Below are positions 40,890 to 50,309 of a stretch of DNA of 57,389 bases, in pieces. A program made the position numbers and the translations under genes. Origin of the DNA: an uncultured Gammaproteobacteria bacterium (GTDB taxonomy: Bacteria; Patescibacteriota; Patescibacteriia; Patescibacteriales; UBA12465); contig CAZPPL010000005.1 in assembly GCA_964588465.1 (NCBI GenBank), positions 2,966-60,354 of the forward strand, read 5' to 3'. The stretch's first letter is position 1, and the number at the start of each line of letters is the position of its first letter. A model generated the notes under the pieces. That model searched no databases. It saw nothing but the letters and a program-made list of their open reading frames with translations, and had not been told where the DNA came from.

Positions 40890-41927
40890 CTAAAATATTG
40901 TATAAAATAATTTTAGAATTAATATTAGAATCCTATCAATAACCTCTACCTTTTTTTTATTAATATCTAGAGCCACAGATCCCGCTCTCCATTGAATAAT
41001 AATTTTTTCTAAATCATTTACTAAATCTTTTTGACGAAAAAATATACCGACTTCAATATTCCAATTAAAAGACAGAACATCCATATTCTGTGAACCAATA
41101 ACCCCCTCTACCCCATCAATCAGCATAATTTTAGCATGATTCATCCTGGACATTAAATAAACTTTAATACCCAAAGAAGATAAATGGCGAGCATTTAAAT
41201 AATTAACTCTATTAAGGGACTTAACGTCGGTATCATCAGGAATTAGAATCTCTACTTTGACTCCTCTATGCGTAGCATTGTCTAGCAAAGCAATAAGCCA
41301 ACGAGGAGGCAAAAGATAGGGGGTAACAATAATAATGGAAGTTTTAGCATTAATTATTCTTTGCTTATAATAATCATTTAAATAATAGCTTTTACTAGTA
41401 CGAGCAAAGTTGTCTATAATCCAAGACTTGATTTTTTGCACTAAGGGTTTCTGACTAAACTTTAGAATTGAAGCTCTTTTCCCTCCAGCCATCTCATAAC
41501 TGTAGGCAAAAGATTTCAACAGTGGACTAACAATTTTACCTTGAAGTCTAATTTGAATATCTCGCCAACTGCGAGTTTTTTCCTCGATATTAACTCCACC
41601 TGTAAAAGCAATCTTATTATCAATAATTAAAATTTTTCGGTGGGTATGACGAAACCAATGGCTAAAATAAATGAATTCCACCCCTGCCGTCCGCAAACCT
41701 TCCACGGCCTTCTTAGCTAAAGAAGCACTACCGAAGGAATCAGCAATAACTATCACCTCCAGACCAGCTTGTGCTTTTTCTCGTAGTAATCTTAAAAAAT
41801 TATAAGTTGCTTGGGTATCATCTAAAAAAATATACATCTCCAAATAAATTGAATACTGGGCTTGAATCATAGCTTCAAACATCCCCGCCCAAGCTGTTTG
41901 TGAAGTAGTATATAATTTATATTTCAT
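40890..41927 (-). CDS. Phospholipase D family (cardiolipin synthase-like)
   Basis: Two HKD motifs: HRKILIID and HAKIMLID. Confidence 0.9.
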   Translation of the reverse strand: MKYKLYTTSQTAWAGMFEAMIQAQYSIYLEMYIFLDDTQATYNFLRLLREKAQAGLEVIVIADSFGSASLAKKAVEGLRTAGVEFIYFSHWFRHTHRKILIIDNKIAFTGGVNIEEKTRSWRDIQIRLQGKIVSPLLKSFAYSYEMAGGKRASILKFSQKPLVQKIKSWIIDNFARTSKSYYLNDYYKQRIINAKTSIIIVTPYLLPPRWLIALLDNATHRGVKVEILIPDDTDVKSLNRVNYLNARHLSSLGIKVYLMSRMNHAKIMLIDGVEGVIGSQNMDVLSFNWNIEVGIFFRQKDLVNDLEKIIIQWRAGSVALDINKKKVEVIDRILILILKLFYTIF

Positions 41928-41932
41928 AAAAA

Positions 41933-42736
41933 TTATAATTTTAACTTAGCTTTTATTCGGGGAATCATTTTATCGGTAGCTCGTTCACCAATCAGCATAA
42001 TCTGTTCAGCGATCTCTTGGGTAAAATATTTACTCATATTACTTCTTCTAGCAAAGTGAGAGGTGTCTGGTTCAATAACAATATCGCAATTAGCGGCTGA
42101 ATTCTGAGACAAGTTATAAAGAATAATGGCAGCCGCACGTCGCAATACTTTAGATAAGGTAAATTTTCTAACTATAAATTCTTTTTTGTTATATAAATTA
42201 ACTCCAATAACAAAATCCGCACCCATCTTCCGAACTGAATCCCCAGGGACTGGATCACTCAGCCCTCCGTCAGCTAATAATTTTCCTTGATATAAGAACG
42301 GTTTAAAAATTAAAGGGACAGAAATGCTGGCTCTAACCGCTGGAGCCACCTTGCCTTGATTAAGACTACAAAGTTTACCATTAGATATATTAGTAGCGAT
42401 GATTCTAAGAGGAATCTTTAAACTTTTGAAATAACTATTCTGTAATTTCTTTTCTAAATAAACAGTTAATTTTTGACCACTGATTAATCCCCCCGTCCAA
42501 TTAAGATCTAGTAAAGCAAAGAGTTGATCTCGACGATTATGAAGTAAGTCTTGCTCTAATTGTACAACATCCTTAAACCGGGCATAATGAGCGGCTACTA
42601 AAGCTCCAGAACTACAGCCACTTAGATAGTCTATAGGAATCTTATTTTTTACTAGAGATTTAATGACTCCAATATGCGCAAATCCTCTATACCCCCCAGA
42701 ACCTAAAGCCAAACCAACGCTAAGATGAGTAGACAT
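41933..42736 (-). CDS. Patatin-like phospholipase
   Basis: GSGGYRG, GCSSG nucleophile elbow, DGG. Confidence 0.92.
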   Translation of the reverse strand: MSTHLSVGLALGSGGYRGFAHIGVIKSLVKNKIPIDYLSGCSSGALVAAHYARFKDVVQLEQDLLHNRRDQLFALLDLNWTGGLISGQKLTVYLEKKLQNSYFKSLKIPLRIIATNISNGKLCSLNQGKVAPAVRASISVPLIFKPFLYQGKLLADGGLSDPVPGDSVRKMGADFVIGVNLYNKKEFIVRKFTLSKVLRRAAAIILYNLSQNSAANCDIVIEPDTSHFARRSNMSKYFTQEIAEQIMLIGERATDKMIPRIKAKLKL

Positions 42737-42899
42737 AAATATTAAATTATTACTAAATTTATAATATCACTGATTATATATCATAGCACTTTACTATAGA
42801 AGTTAGTATTAAATAAAAGGCTAAACCCTTTAAGCTTAAATCTGACAGATGACCAAATTTAAACAGAAATTTATTCTCTATTTTATACCGCCACATATT

Positions 42900-42928
42900 T
42901 TGACAATATAAAATTATTTTGCTATGAT
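42900..42928 (+). promoter_or_regulatory. Sigma70 promoter upstream of tRNA-Asp
   Basis: TTGACA-N17-TATGAT with extended -10 TG. Confidence 0.65.
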
Positions 42929-43051
42929 TTTTTTTGTACTTAGCTATAAGATATAGCTTTTTTATGATTTATAATAACACTTACTTTCACTATCAAAAAC
43001 TCTATTACAAAATAGAATTATGTATTTGAATAGTTAATTGGCCTAAAAATT

Positions 43052-43125
43052 GGAGTGGTAGCTCAGTTGGTTAGAGCGCCTGCCTGTCACGCAGGAGGTC
43101 GCGGGTTCGACCCCCGTCCACTCCG
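43052..43125 (+). tRNA. tRNA-Asp (GTC)
   Basis: Acceptor GGAGTGG/CCACTCC, anticodon arm CCTGC-CTGTCAC-GCAGG, GTTCGA T-loop; CCA not encoded. Confidence 0.96.
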
Positions 43126-43207
43126 CAATTAATTTAGAACAAGTGAATAATTTACTAACCCTAATCATCTTCATAAAAAGCTAACTAGATTCTATCTACT
43201 AAAATTG

Positions 43208-43279
43208 TGCCTCCAGGGGGAATTGAACCCTCATTTTGAGTTCCGGAAACTCATGTTCTATCCGTTGAACTATGGAGAC
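43208..43279 (-). tRNA. tRNA-Arg (CCG)
   Basis: Acceptor GTCTCCA/TGGAGGC, anticodon arm TGAGT-TTCCGGA-ACTCA, TTCAATT T-loop. Confidence 0.92.
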
Positions 43280-43303
43280 CTATTATAACTAACTGTTAAA
43301 CAA

Positions 43304-44032
43304 TTAATCTTTATAAATCTTTTCTATCAACACAATATAAAATATCTTACAGAATTCTGGTAAAAAAGCTATAAGGGTTTTTAAACTATGTTTCATTTTT
43401 CTAGAAGCTGATATCCGCATGGGTAATTTAAGATATTTTAATTCTTCCTCTATTAATTTAAACTCATCTAAACACTCTGCTAAATCTGCCTCTGAATATA
43501 GTTCAGGATATTTTTTTAAGTTGTCTAAAAGTTCAGCTGGTGAAATATAGGTATCCTCAGTCTCAGGATAGGGTTTATTTCTTCTAAATTTAAATACTGC
43601 TATCCTTTCCATAAATAAACATTTACCCGCACCATTAGCCACTACGCGCAAGTCGGTTTCCTTCTCAATTTTTCTAACAAAATTCTTGTTAAAAGCATAA
43701 CGAATACAAAAAATAATCATTCCCAAGCGAGAAAAATTAGAATAAACGAAAACATGGGATAATTCGTGAGCTAATAATCCTATTTTTTGTTCTAAAGATA
43801 AACTTTGAAAAAATATTTTAATATCACGACGCTGATTCACTACAATAGGATATACCCATTTAGATTTCCTAAATCCTAAACTTATCACTGGAGGATAAGC
43901 CCGAGAAGCATGTTGAACACCAACGAAAGGCGTCTCATAAATAAATATATTTTTGTCAGATAGTTTAGAAAAATGGTTTAGAGCCTGTTTAAAGGCGAGT
44001 AAAAACTCATCAGGAATTTTTTTATTAGGCAT
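43304..44032 (-). CDS. Hypothetical protein with HExxH zincin-like motif
   Basis: GLLAHELSH followed by IEKETD. Confidence 0.6.
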   Translation of the reverse strand: MPNKKIPDEFLLAFKQALNHFSKLSDKNIFIYETPFVGVQHASRAYPPVISLGFRKSKWVYPIVVNQRRDIKIFFQSLSLEQKIGLLAHELSHVFVYSNFSRLGMIIFCIRYAFNKNFVRKIEKETDLRVVANGAGKCLFMERIAVFKFRRNKPYPETEDTYISPAELLDNLKKYPELYSEADLAECLDEFKLIEEELKYLKLPMRISASRKMKHSLKTLIAFLPEFCKIFYIVLIEKIYKD

Positions 44033-44144
44033 TGGAAATAATCTTATTTTTAAAATCTATTAATCTCTACTATTTTAGGACAATTCAATCCGCAAATCAA
44101 ACTTATTTTTTTATATATTTATATAATAATATAGCATGCCACTA

Positions 44145-44660
44145 TTATAAATTACATATTCCGCGCCTAGCATACACCACTTGTCTAGAATTTTGCTCTA
44201 GTGAATATACCAAAATTAATACTGCTATTATAAAAATGGGTATTTCATAACTAGCTATAAACCCTTGTATAAAGCCACTTACCCCAAAAATAAAAGGGAA
44301 AAATCCAGCTAATACTGCAGCCACTGTTGGCAATAAGGGCGAACAACACAGAAGTGGCGGGAGGATACTGCCCAAAACGCTACCTAGTGTAGAAGACTTC
44401 ACCCGACTCATTTTCTTCTGCCTAAAAGCATATATGGAAAAGGGAAATATAAATGCTAAAAGTAAAGCAAATAAAAAAGAGAACAAAGCCAAACTCGGAG
44501 TTATGAATTGAAGCGACACCAAACCTATTCTGCCTCCAGTATAAGTAGCTGGAAGAATAAAGCTATATAAGGTAAAAAATAATATAAAACTTAGTATAGC
44601 CAAAATACGATAAATTGAGATGCTAAATACGATACGACTCGCTTCTATAAAATATTTCAT
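44145..44660 (-). CDS. Four-TM membrane protein with vicinal Cys pair (possible metal transporter)
   Basis: Hydrophobic; LLCCSPLL; same-strand run downstream of merA. Confidence 0.65.
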   Translation of the reverse strand: MKYFIEASRIVFSISIYRILAILSFILFFTLYSFILPATYTGGRIGLVSLQFITPSLALFSFLFALLLAFIFPFSIYAFRQKKMSRVKSSTLGSVLGSILPPLLCCSPLLPTVAAVLAGFFPFIFGVSGFIQGFIASYEIPIFIIAVLILVYSLEQNSRQVVYARRGICNL

Positions 44661-44668
44661 AGACTATC

Positions 44669-45226
44669 TTAATTATTTGCGAACTTCACTATAGTATTGA
44701 TGGTAGCAGCGGGGGCGTCATTAATATCGCGAATAATTCCCTGTTTATCAATTAAAAAATATATATCAGGATAATTTCTAGGATTATATATCTGTGTAGC
44801 TTGAGAGCTGAAATTACCCCATAACCAGTTTTTGGCTGTGAGCATATTAGGAGCACTTTGAGAAGCAAATCTTTCTATCTTGGGCCCAGGATAACCAGCA
44901 TTACCATAAGATTTAAGTACCAGAATAGTTAATTTACCTAGTTTAGCCTCATTCTTAGCTAAAATATGTGCCCCCTCAGAACAACTTGAACACCAAGTAG
45001 CCACTGACCAAAGCATCAACTTCCTGCCCCTAAAATCAGAAAGTTTTAGAGTATTCCCAGCTATATCTGAAAAATAAACTTCAGGAGCTAAATGATTCAT
45101 TGTCGCTCTTAAAGTTATAGAAGGCACTGAAGTATTTTTAGTATTTCGTGATTGATTAAGAATAATCCAAAAAATTCCGATGATAAACAAAATAATAGCA
45201 ATAATCCAAACAATATTTTTTTTCAT
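44669..45226 (-). CDS. Membrane-anchored thioredoxin-fold redoxin (TlpA/ResA-like)
   Basis: N-terminal TM; LSDFRG, ATWCSSC, YP..FLIDKQG. Confidence 0.85.
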   Translation of the reverse strand: MKKNIVWIIAIILFIIGIFWIILNQSRNTKNTSVPSITLRATMNHLAPEVYFSDIAGNTLKLSDFRGRKLMLWSVATWCSSCSEGAHILAKNEAKLGKLTILVLKSYGNAGYPGPKIERFASQSAPNMLTAKNWLWGNFSSQATQIYNPRNYPDIYFLIDKQGIIRDINDAPAATINTIVKFANN

Positions 45227-45228
45227 AA

Positions 45229-46632
45229 TTATATACAACAACTTAATTTAGTTAAATCTTTACTAAAGGCTAAAGCGACATACTTTAGGCTTTCTGAAAG
45301 AGTCGGAAAAACTGGCATAGACTTACAGACATCATCAATAGTGTTTCTATTTTTTATTAATATTGTTGCCTGAGCAATTAGATCGCCAGCATTGGGAGCT
45401 AAAATATGAACTCCTAAAATTCTCTTACTATCAGGATCAATTACCATCTTAATCAAGCCTTCAGTACGACGGATAATTTGAGCTTTAGGAATAATTTTAA
45501 AAGGAACAGTACGACAGGCACAAATCCCAGTTTCAGTCTTCTGTCTTTTCTCAGTCCAGCCAACACTGGCAAACTGAGGGCTGGTAAAAATAGTATAAGC
45601 TACACTATTATAATCAATAGTGTTTTTAGCTCCAGAAATTATATTTTCTACTGCTAAACTTCCTTCCCGCCCAGCAGTAGTTTCCAATCTTAAGGGAGCA
45701 TCGGATACATCGCCAATGGCAAAAATATATGGTCTATTAGTTTGAAAATATTTGTTTACCACAATAGCTTGTTGACTATTGATTTTAACTCCAACATTTT
45801 CTAAACCAAGTTTCGCAGTATTAGGAGTTTTGCCAGCAGCCAATAGGATTTCTGTAGCAATTATTTTCTCGGATTTACCAGCAATTTTACAACTAATAAT
45901 TTTTTTATTAGCTTTTTTTATTACGCCTTCTACCTCCACATTAGTTCTAAGAGTAATACCCTCGGCTGTAAATATCTCCATTAATCTGCCTATAAGCTCT
46001 GGTTCAGCTCTAGAAATAATTGTATTATCTCTATGCAAAATAGTCACTTTAGTCCCAAACCGAGCATACATTTGAGCAAATTCTAAACCCACAGGACCAG
46101 CACCAATAATTACTAATTTTTTTGGCAAACTTTTAAGCCGTAGAGCTTCAATATGAGTAAGAAAATTAATTTTCTTAATATTTTTTATTGCTGGAACATC
46201 AGCTGTTGAGCCAGCAGCAATAATGAATTTTTTAGCGGAAAGTATTACCCCAGCTACTTCAATTTGTTTGGCTGATATGAATTTAGCTTGACCTTCAATA
46301 AGAGATACATATTTTAAGTTAGACAACACATCTGCATATTTATCTTTTCGTGACATTTCAACCATCCTTAATTCCTCTTGTATAACTTTATTAAAATCAA
46401 ATTTTTTTAATTCAAGCTCAATCCCAGCGATGTTATGATTTTTCACCATATGTAAAACTTCTCCTGCCTGTATAAGTATTTTTGACGGCAAACAACCGAC
46501 ATTAACACAAGTTCCCCCAAGTGGAAGACCCGTATTTACAAGAGCAGTGTTTATTTGTAATTCATTAGCACGAATCGCAGCAGCGAAACCTCCTGCTCCT
46601 CCACCGATAATAATTAAATCAAAATTTTTCAT
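45229..46632 (-). CDS. merA: Mercury(II) reductase (no NmerA domain)
   Basis: GGTCVNVGCLPSK redox centre; FPTLSE; C-terminal vicinal cysteines LSCCI characteristic of MerA. Confidence 0.88.
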   Translation of the reverse strand: MKNFDLIIIGGGAGGFAAAIRANELQINTALVNTGLPLGGTCVNVGCLPSKILIQAGEVLHMVKNHNIAGIELELKKFDFNKVIQEELRMVEMSRKDKYADVLSNLKYVSLIEGQAKFISAKQIEVAGVILSAKKFIIAAGSTADVPAIKNIKKINFLTHIEALRLKSLPKKLVIIGAGPVGLEFAQMYARFGTKVTILHRDNTIISRAEPELIGRLMEIFTAEGITLRTNVEVEGVIKKANKKIISCKIAGKSEKIIATEILLAAGKTPNTAKLGLENVGVKINSQQAIVVNKYFQTNRPYIFAIGDVSDAPLRLETTAGREGSLAVENIISGAKNTIDYNSVAYTIFTSPQFASVGWTEKRQKTETGICACRTVPFKIIPKAQIIRRTEGLIKMVIDPDSKRILGVHILAPNAGDLIAQATILIKNRNTIDDVCKSMPVFPTLSESLKYVALAFSKDLTKLSCCI

Positions 46633-47006
46633 AATTTATTTTTAAAATGATTGCTTAATTCTCTTCGACTTTTTTCAGAAAGAGAATAAAAAATTGTTTG
46701 GGCCTCTCTACGAGACTTTACCAATCCGAAGTCTCGTAAGATCTTGAGTTGATGAGATACCGCCGATATATTAGCTTTTAGAATATCGGTGATATCACAA
46801 ACACATAATTCTCTCTCGTTTTGTAAAAGATATAAAATCTTTAATCTGATTTTACCAGCCAAAATTGAAAAAAATTTAGCACTAATCTTTAATTTATGAT
46901 CCCTATTTATTTTGTGCCTCAAATATTCAATTTTTTTGACTTCAATGGTGGGACCCAAACAAGTAGCACCTAGATGTTTGACTAATCTTTTCTTTATTAT
47001 AACCAT
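46629..47006 (-). CDS. ArsR/SmtB family metalloregulator
   Basis: RLKIL...ELCVCDI...SAVSHQLKIL; ATGA overlap with merA. Confidence 0.92.
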   Translation of the reverse strand: MVIIKKRLVKHLGATCLGPTIEVKKIEYLRHKINRDHKLKISAKFFSILAGKIRLKILYLLQNERELCVCDITDILKANISAVSHQLKILRDFGLVKSRREAQTIFYSLSEKSRRELSNHFKNKL

Positions 47007-47019
47007 AATATCATATAAC

Positions 47020-47077
47020 TACTTGAAATATTATTCAAATACTATACAATGGTAACAAAGAGATTATTCAATGTCAA
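47020..47077 (-). promoter_or_regulatory. Promoter and candidate operator of the arsR-merA unit
   Basis: TTGACA(47077-72)-N17-TACCAT with TG; imperfect palindrome TACTTGAA-N6-TTCAAATA (47020-47041) just downstream. Confidence 0.55.
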
Positions 47078-47109
47078 CTATGTAGCTAATAGACAGAAAT
47101 ATCTAACTA

Positions 47110-47137
47110 AAAAGACATACCTTCTGATATGTCTTTT
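47110..47137 (-). terminator. Intrinsic terminator after tRNA-Glu
   Basis: aaaagacata-N8-tatgtctttt. Confidence 0.7.
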
Positions 47138-47144
47138 ATATAAG

Positions 47145-47216
47145 TAGTCCCTAGGGGAATCGAACCCCTGTTAACAGGATGAAAACCTGACGTCCTAACC
47201 ACTAGACGAAGGGACC
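47145..47216 (-). tRNA. tRNA-Glu (TTC)
   Basis: Acceptor GGTCCCT/AGGGACT, anticodon loop TTTTCAT, GGTTCGATTCC. Confidence 0.95.
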
Positions 47217-47365
47217 ATTATAAAAAATAAATATTAAAAATATAAATCTAACAACTTAGATTCAAATTTATTTTATAGATAAACTCCCTCTCTGTCAATT
47301 AAAATAATTAAAAATAACCAAAAAAATTTGTCTTTTCTCAAAAATACTTTACAATACATATATAT

Positions 47366-48442
47366 ATGTATATCCTAGGAATAGAAACAAGCTGTGATGA
47401 AACCGCGGCTTCACTTATTAAATTCAACAAAAAAACTAAACAAGTGCAGGTATTATCCAATATCATTTCTTCTCAAATCCAAATCCATAAAAAATATGGC
47501 GGAGTAGTCCCAGAAGTAGCCGCTCGAGAGCATGTTCTAAATATTATTCCAGTAATTAACGAAGCTCTAAATAAAACCCAGCTTAAGCCTAAACAACTAG
47601 ATCTCATTGGAATAACTAAAGGACCAGGACTTATTACTTCTCTGATGACTGGGGTAGAAACTGCTAGAACTTTAGCTTATGCTTGGAATAAACCAATTAT
47701 AGAAGTAAATCATATTGATGGTCATATTTATTCTAATTTTATTAATCCTCAATCTACAATTAAGTTCCCAGCGCTTATCTTAACTGTGTCTGGCGGTCAT
47801 ACTATATTGCTACGCATGAGTAAAGGCCAAGAAATAAAGATTATAGGCGAAACTAGAGATGACGCCGCTGGTGAAGCTTATGATAAAGGGGCTAAAATGT
47901 TAAATCTAAGTTATCCAGGTGGTCCAATCATATCTTATTACGCTGCTCAATATAAAAAAACTCTTAATAAGCTTAATAATAAGAAAAAATCTCTTAAAAA
48001 ATCTATACTTGAGCCTATACTTCTTCCCCGTCCTATGATAAACTCCAATAATTTTGATTTTTCTTTTTCTGGGCTCAAGACTGCCTTATTATATCAACTT
48101 CAAAAAGATCCTAATTGGAGAGAAAGAGTTCCGGCTTATTGTTTTCAATATCAACAAGCTATTATTGATATTTTAGTTAGCAAAACCTTAAAAGCCGCTA
48201 AAAAATTCCAAGTAAAAACTATTATGCTTTCTGGAGGAGTTAGCGCTAATATTGAATTACGAGCGCAAATGGCTAATATGGTTAAGAAAAATTTACCTAA
48301 AAACAATTTTCTAGTTCCAGATAAAAAGTATACTACTGATAACGCCGTTATGATTGCAGTAGCGGCCGCTCATAAAAGTAAAGGCCATAAATCTGTAAAT
48401 TTTAAACAAATTAGAGTTGATGCTAGTTTACAACTTAAATAA
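47366..48442 (+). CDS. tsaD: tRNA N6-adenosine threonylcarbamoyltransferase TsaD
   Basis: GIETSCDET, GGVVPE.A.R.H, NHIDGH, VSGGHT, DDAAGEAYDK, TDNAVMI. Confidence 0.97.
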   Translation: MYILGIETSCDETAASLIKFNKKTKQVQVLSNIISSQIQIHKKYGGVVPEVAAREHVLNIIPVINEALNKTQLKPKQLDLIGITKGPGLITSLMTGVETARTLAYAWNKPIIEVNHIDGHIYSNFINPQSTIKFPALILTVSGGHTILLRMSKGQEIKIIGETRDDAAGEAYDKGAKMLNLSYPGGPIISYYAAQYKKTLNKLNNKKKSLKKSILEPILLPRPMINSNNFDFSFSGLKTALLYQLQKDPNWRERVPAYCFQYQQAIIDILVSKTLKAAKKFQVKTIMLSGGVSANIELRAQMANMVKKNLPKNNFLVPDKKYTTDNAVMIAVAAAHKSKGHKSVNFKQIRVDASLQLK

Positions 48443-48482
48443 TATAAGTTAATATTTAAACAATTAATCTTATAATAAATAA

Positions 48483-48556
48483 GGCTCGATGGCGAAGTGG
48501 TCTAACGCTGCAGTTTGCAAAACTGCTATTCGTGGGTTCAAATCCCACTCGAGCCT
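48483..48556 (+). tRNA. tRNA-Cys (GCA)
   Basis: Acceptor GGCTCGA/TCGAGCC, anticodon arm GCAGT-TTGCAAA-ACTGC, discriminator U. Confidence 0.95.
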
Positions 48557-48595
48557 CAAAAATAAAATCCCCTTTAATAATTCTTAATATAAATC

Positions 48596-48624
48596 TGTGG
48601 ATAACTTGTGTTTTTTGTGTATAA
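48596..48624 (-). promoter_or_regulatory. Two DnaA-box consensus matches
   Basis: TTATCCACA (48604-48596) and TTATACACA (48624-48616) on the minus strand. Confidence 0.5.
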
Positions 48625-48741
48625 ATCCTAACTTTAAGTCTAAAGTATTGTGGACTTAAATAGCTAAATATATATAAAAAATATATTATTTATCTAATAT
48701 TAAACTAATAATACATTATTCCATACTTTAGTCCACAGTAC

Positions 48742-48770
48742 TTGACCCCCATATTGAAAGGTGCTATACT
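48742..48770 (+). promoter_or_regulatory. Strong sigma70-type promoter
   Basis: TTGACC-N17-TATACT with extended -10 TG. Confidence 0.7.
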
Positions 48771-48776
48771 TATATT

Positions 48777-49077
48777 AAGTTCTTTACTAGCTTCAAACTG
48801 ATTTGTTAACGCTAACGTAACAAAAATAAAAGAAGCAAATTAAACAAACTGGACTAATAAAAAGATAAAATTTGATAAGAATCAAAAAGAAACTCTTACT
48901 AGATTTCATCTAAAATTAGTAAAAAAATAATAAAACAGGTTAAATTTGCTGGAAGTTGGTAAAAATATAGCTTTTAAAGTTAGCAAAAGGCTTCTGTCAG
49001 AGCCAATCTCTGACTTGAGGCTCAATCTGGTCTGTAAACCATAAAAAATGGCCAGTTTGGGCCTCTTTTTATTTTTT
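48777..49077 (+). ncRNA. Candidate structured non-coding RNA of unassigned family
   Basis: Bounded by a promoter and a terminator-like stem with U tract; no plausible ORF; several G-U-containing stems. Confidence 0.45.
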
Positions 49078-49130
49078 ATATATAATTTATTCTATATAAA
49101 CATAAGTAAGATAAGCTAATACCTCAATAT

Positions 49131-49159
49131 TTGGCAAAAACTAGATTCTTCGCTATACT
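49131..49159 (+). promoter_or_regulatory. Promoter for ychF
   Basis: TTGGCA-N17-TATACT, 15 nt before the ATG. Confidence 0.5.
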
Positions 49160-49174
49160 CAAGAATATAAATAT

Positions 49175-50239
49175 ATGCCTTTATCAATTGGAATTGTTGG
49201 CCTACCTAACGTAGGAAAATCAACCATATTTAATATTTTAACCAAACAGGGAGCGGAAGTTGCTAATTACCCTTTTTGTACCATAGATCCTAATGTCGGA
49301 ATAGTAAAAGTGCCTGACTCTCGTTTAAACAAACTAGCAGCCATATCTAAACCAATTAAAATAATCCCTACCATAATTGAATTTGTTGATATTGCTGGTT
49401 TGGTCTCTGGAGCTCACAAAGGCGAAGGGCTGGGTAATAAATTTTTAGCTCATATTAGGGAATGTGACGCTATTTGTGAAGTTATTCGTGATTTCAAAGA
49501 TAATAATGTTATCCATGTAAACGGTCAAGTTAATCCACAAGAAGACCGTGAAACTATAAATATGGAGCTAATATTCGCAGATTTAGCTACTATTGAAAAA
49601 CACAGGGATAAAGCTCACCGAGAAGCTAAAAGCCAGGATAAGGAAATAATAAGAAATAGCCTAATATTAGATAAAATATATAAACATTTAAGCGATGGAA
49701 AAGCTGCACGTAGTCTTAATTTTAGCCAAGAAGAAATTATTTACGTTAAAACCTTAAATCTGTTGACCATTAAACCAATAATCTATTTACTTAATATTGG
49801 CGAAAACTACCATAATACTAACTTACAGGAAGATGAAAATTTAATTATAAGGATTAACGCTAAACTAGAAGAAGAAATAATTGCTCTACCTGAGGAAGAA
49901 AGAGACGAATACATAAAAGCACTAGGACTAGAGCAAAGTGGACTGGATAAACTAATACAAAGTGCCTATAAACTGCTAGGACTGAAGACCTTTTTCACCA
50001 CTGGAAAGGATGAAACTCGTGCTTGGACTATAAAACAAGGGACAAAAGCTCCACAGGCTGCTGGGAGAATTCATACTGACTTTATTAAGGGATTTATTAG
50101 AGCAGAAGTAATAAATTGGGAAAAATTTGTAAAATGTGGTGGTGATATAAAGGCTAAAGAGTTAGGACTGATCAGAACAGAAGGAAAAGACTATATAGTC
50201 TGCGATGGAGATGTGTGTAATTTTTTAGTTAGTCAATAA
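49175..50239 (+). CDS. ychF: Redox-regulated ATPase YchF
   Basis: GIVGLPNVGKST, NYPFCTIDPN, DIAGLV.GA.KGEGLGN.FL, FIRAEV. Confidence 0.97.
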   Translation: MPLSIGIVGLPNVGKSTIFNILTKQGAEVANYPFCTIDPNVGIVKVPDSRLNKLAAISKPIKIIPTIIEFVDIAGLVSGAHKGEGLGNKFLAHIRECDAICEVIRDFKDNNVIHVNGQVNPQEDRETINMELIFADLATIEKHRDKAHREAKSQDKEIIRNSLILDKIYKHLSDGKAARSLNFSQEEIIYVKTLNLLTIKPIIYLLNIGENYHNTNLQEDENLIIRINAKLEEEIIALPEEERDEYIKALGLEQSGLDKLIQSAYKLLGLKTFFTTGKDETRAWTIKQGTKAPQAAGRIHTDFIKGFIRAEVINWEKFVKCGGDIKAKELGLIRTEGKDYIVCDGDVCNFLVSQ

Positions 50240-50309
50240 AAACTAAAAATCTAATTAATATACAACTTAAATGGTCTAATTACATCTTAAAAATATATTT
50301 ATTTTATAG

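Noticed and set aside
44032-44250. 72-aa + strand ORF
   Set aside because: Non-ATG start, antisense overlap with a real gene, low-complexity AT-rich sequence
45229-46632. Dihydrolipoamide dehydrogenase as an alternative call
   Set aside because: C-terminal CC, FPTLSE rather than HPTxxE, and coupling to a metal-sensing ArsR favour MerA
43208-47216. Prophage or integrative element with att sites
   Set aside because: No integrase, transposase or duplicated tRNA 3' end found by eye
48777-49077. rRNA, tmRNA, RNase P, SRP or T-box identity for the non-coding transcript
   Set aside because: I could not find their hallmark motifs; an Rfam scan is needed to exclude divergent forms
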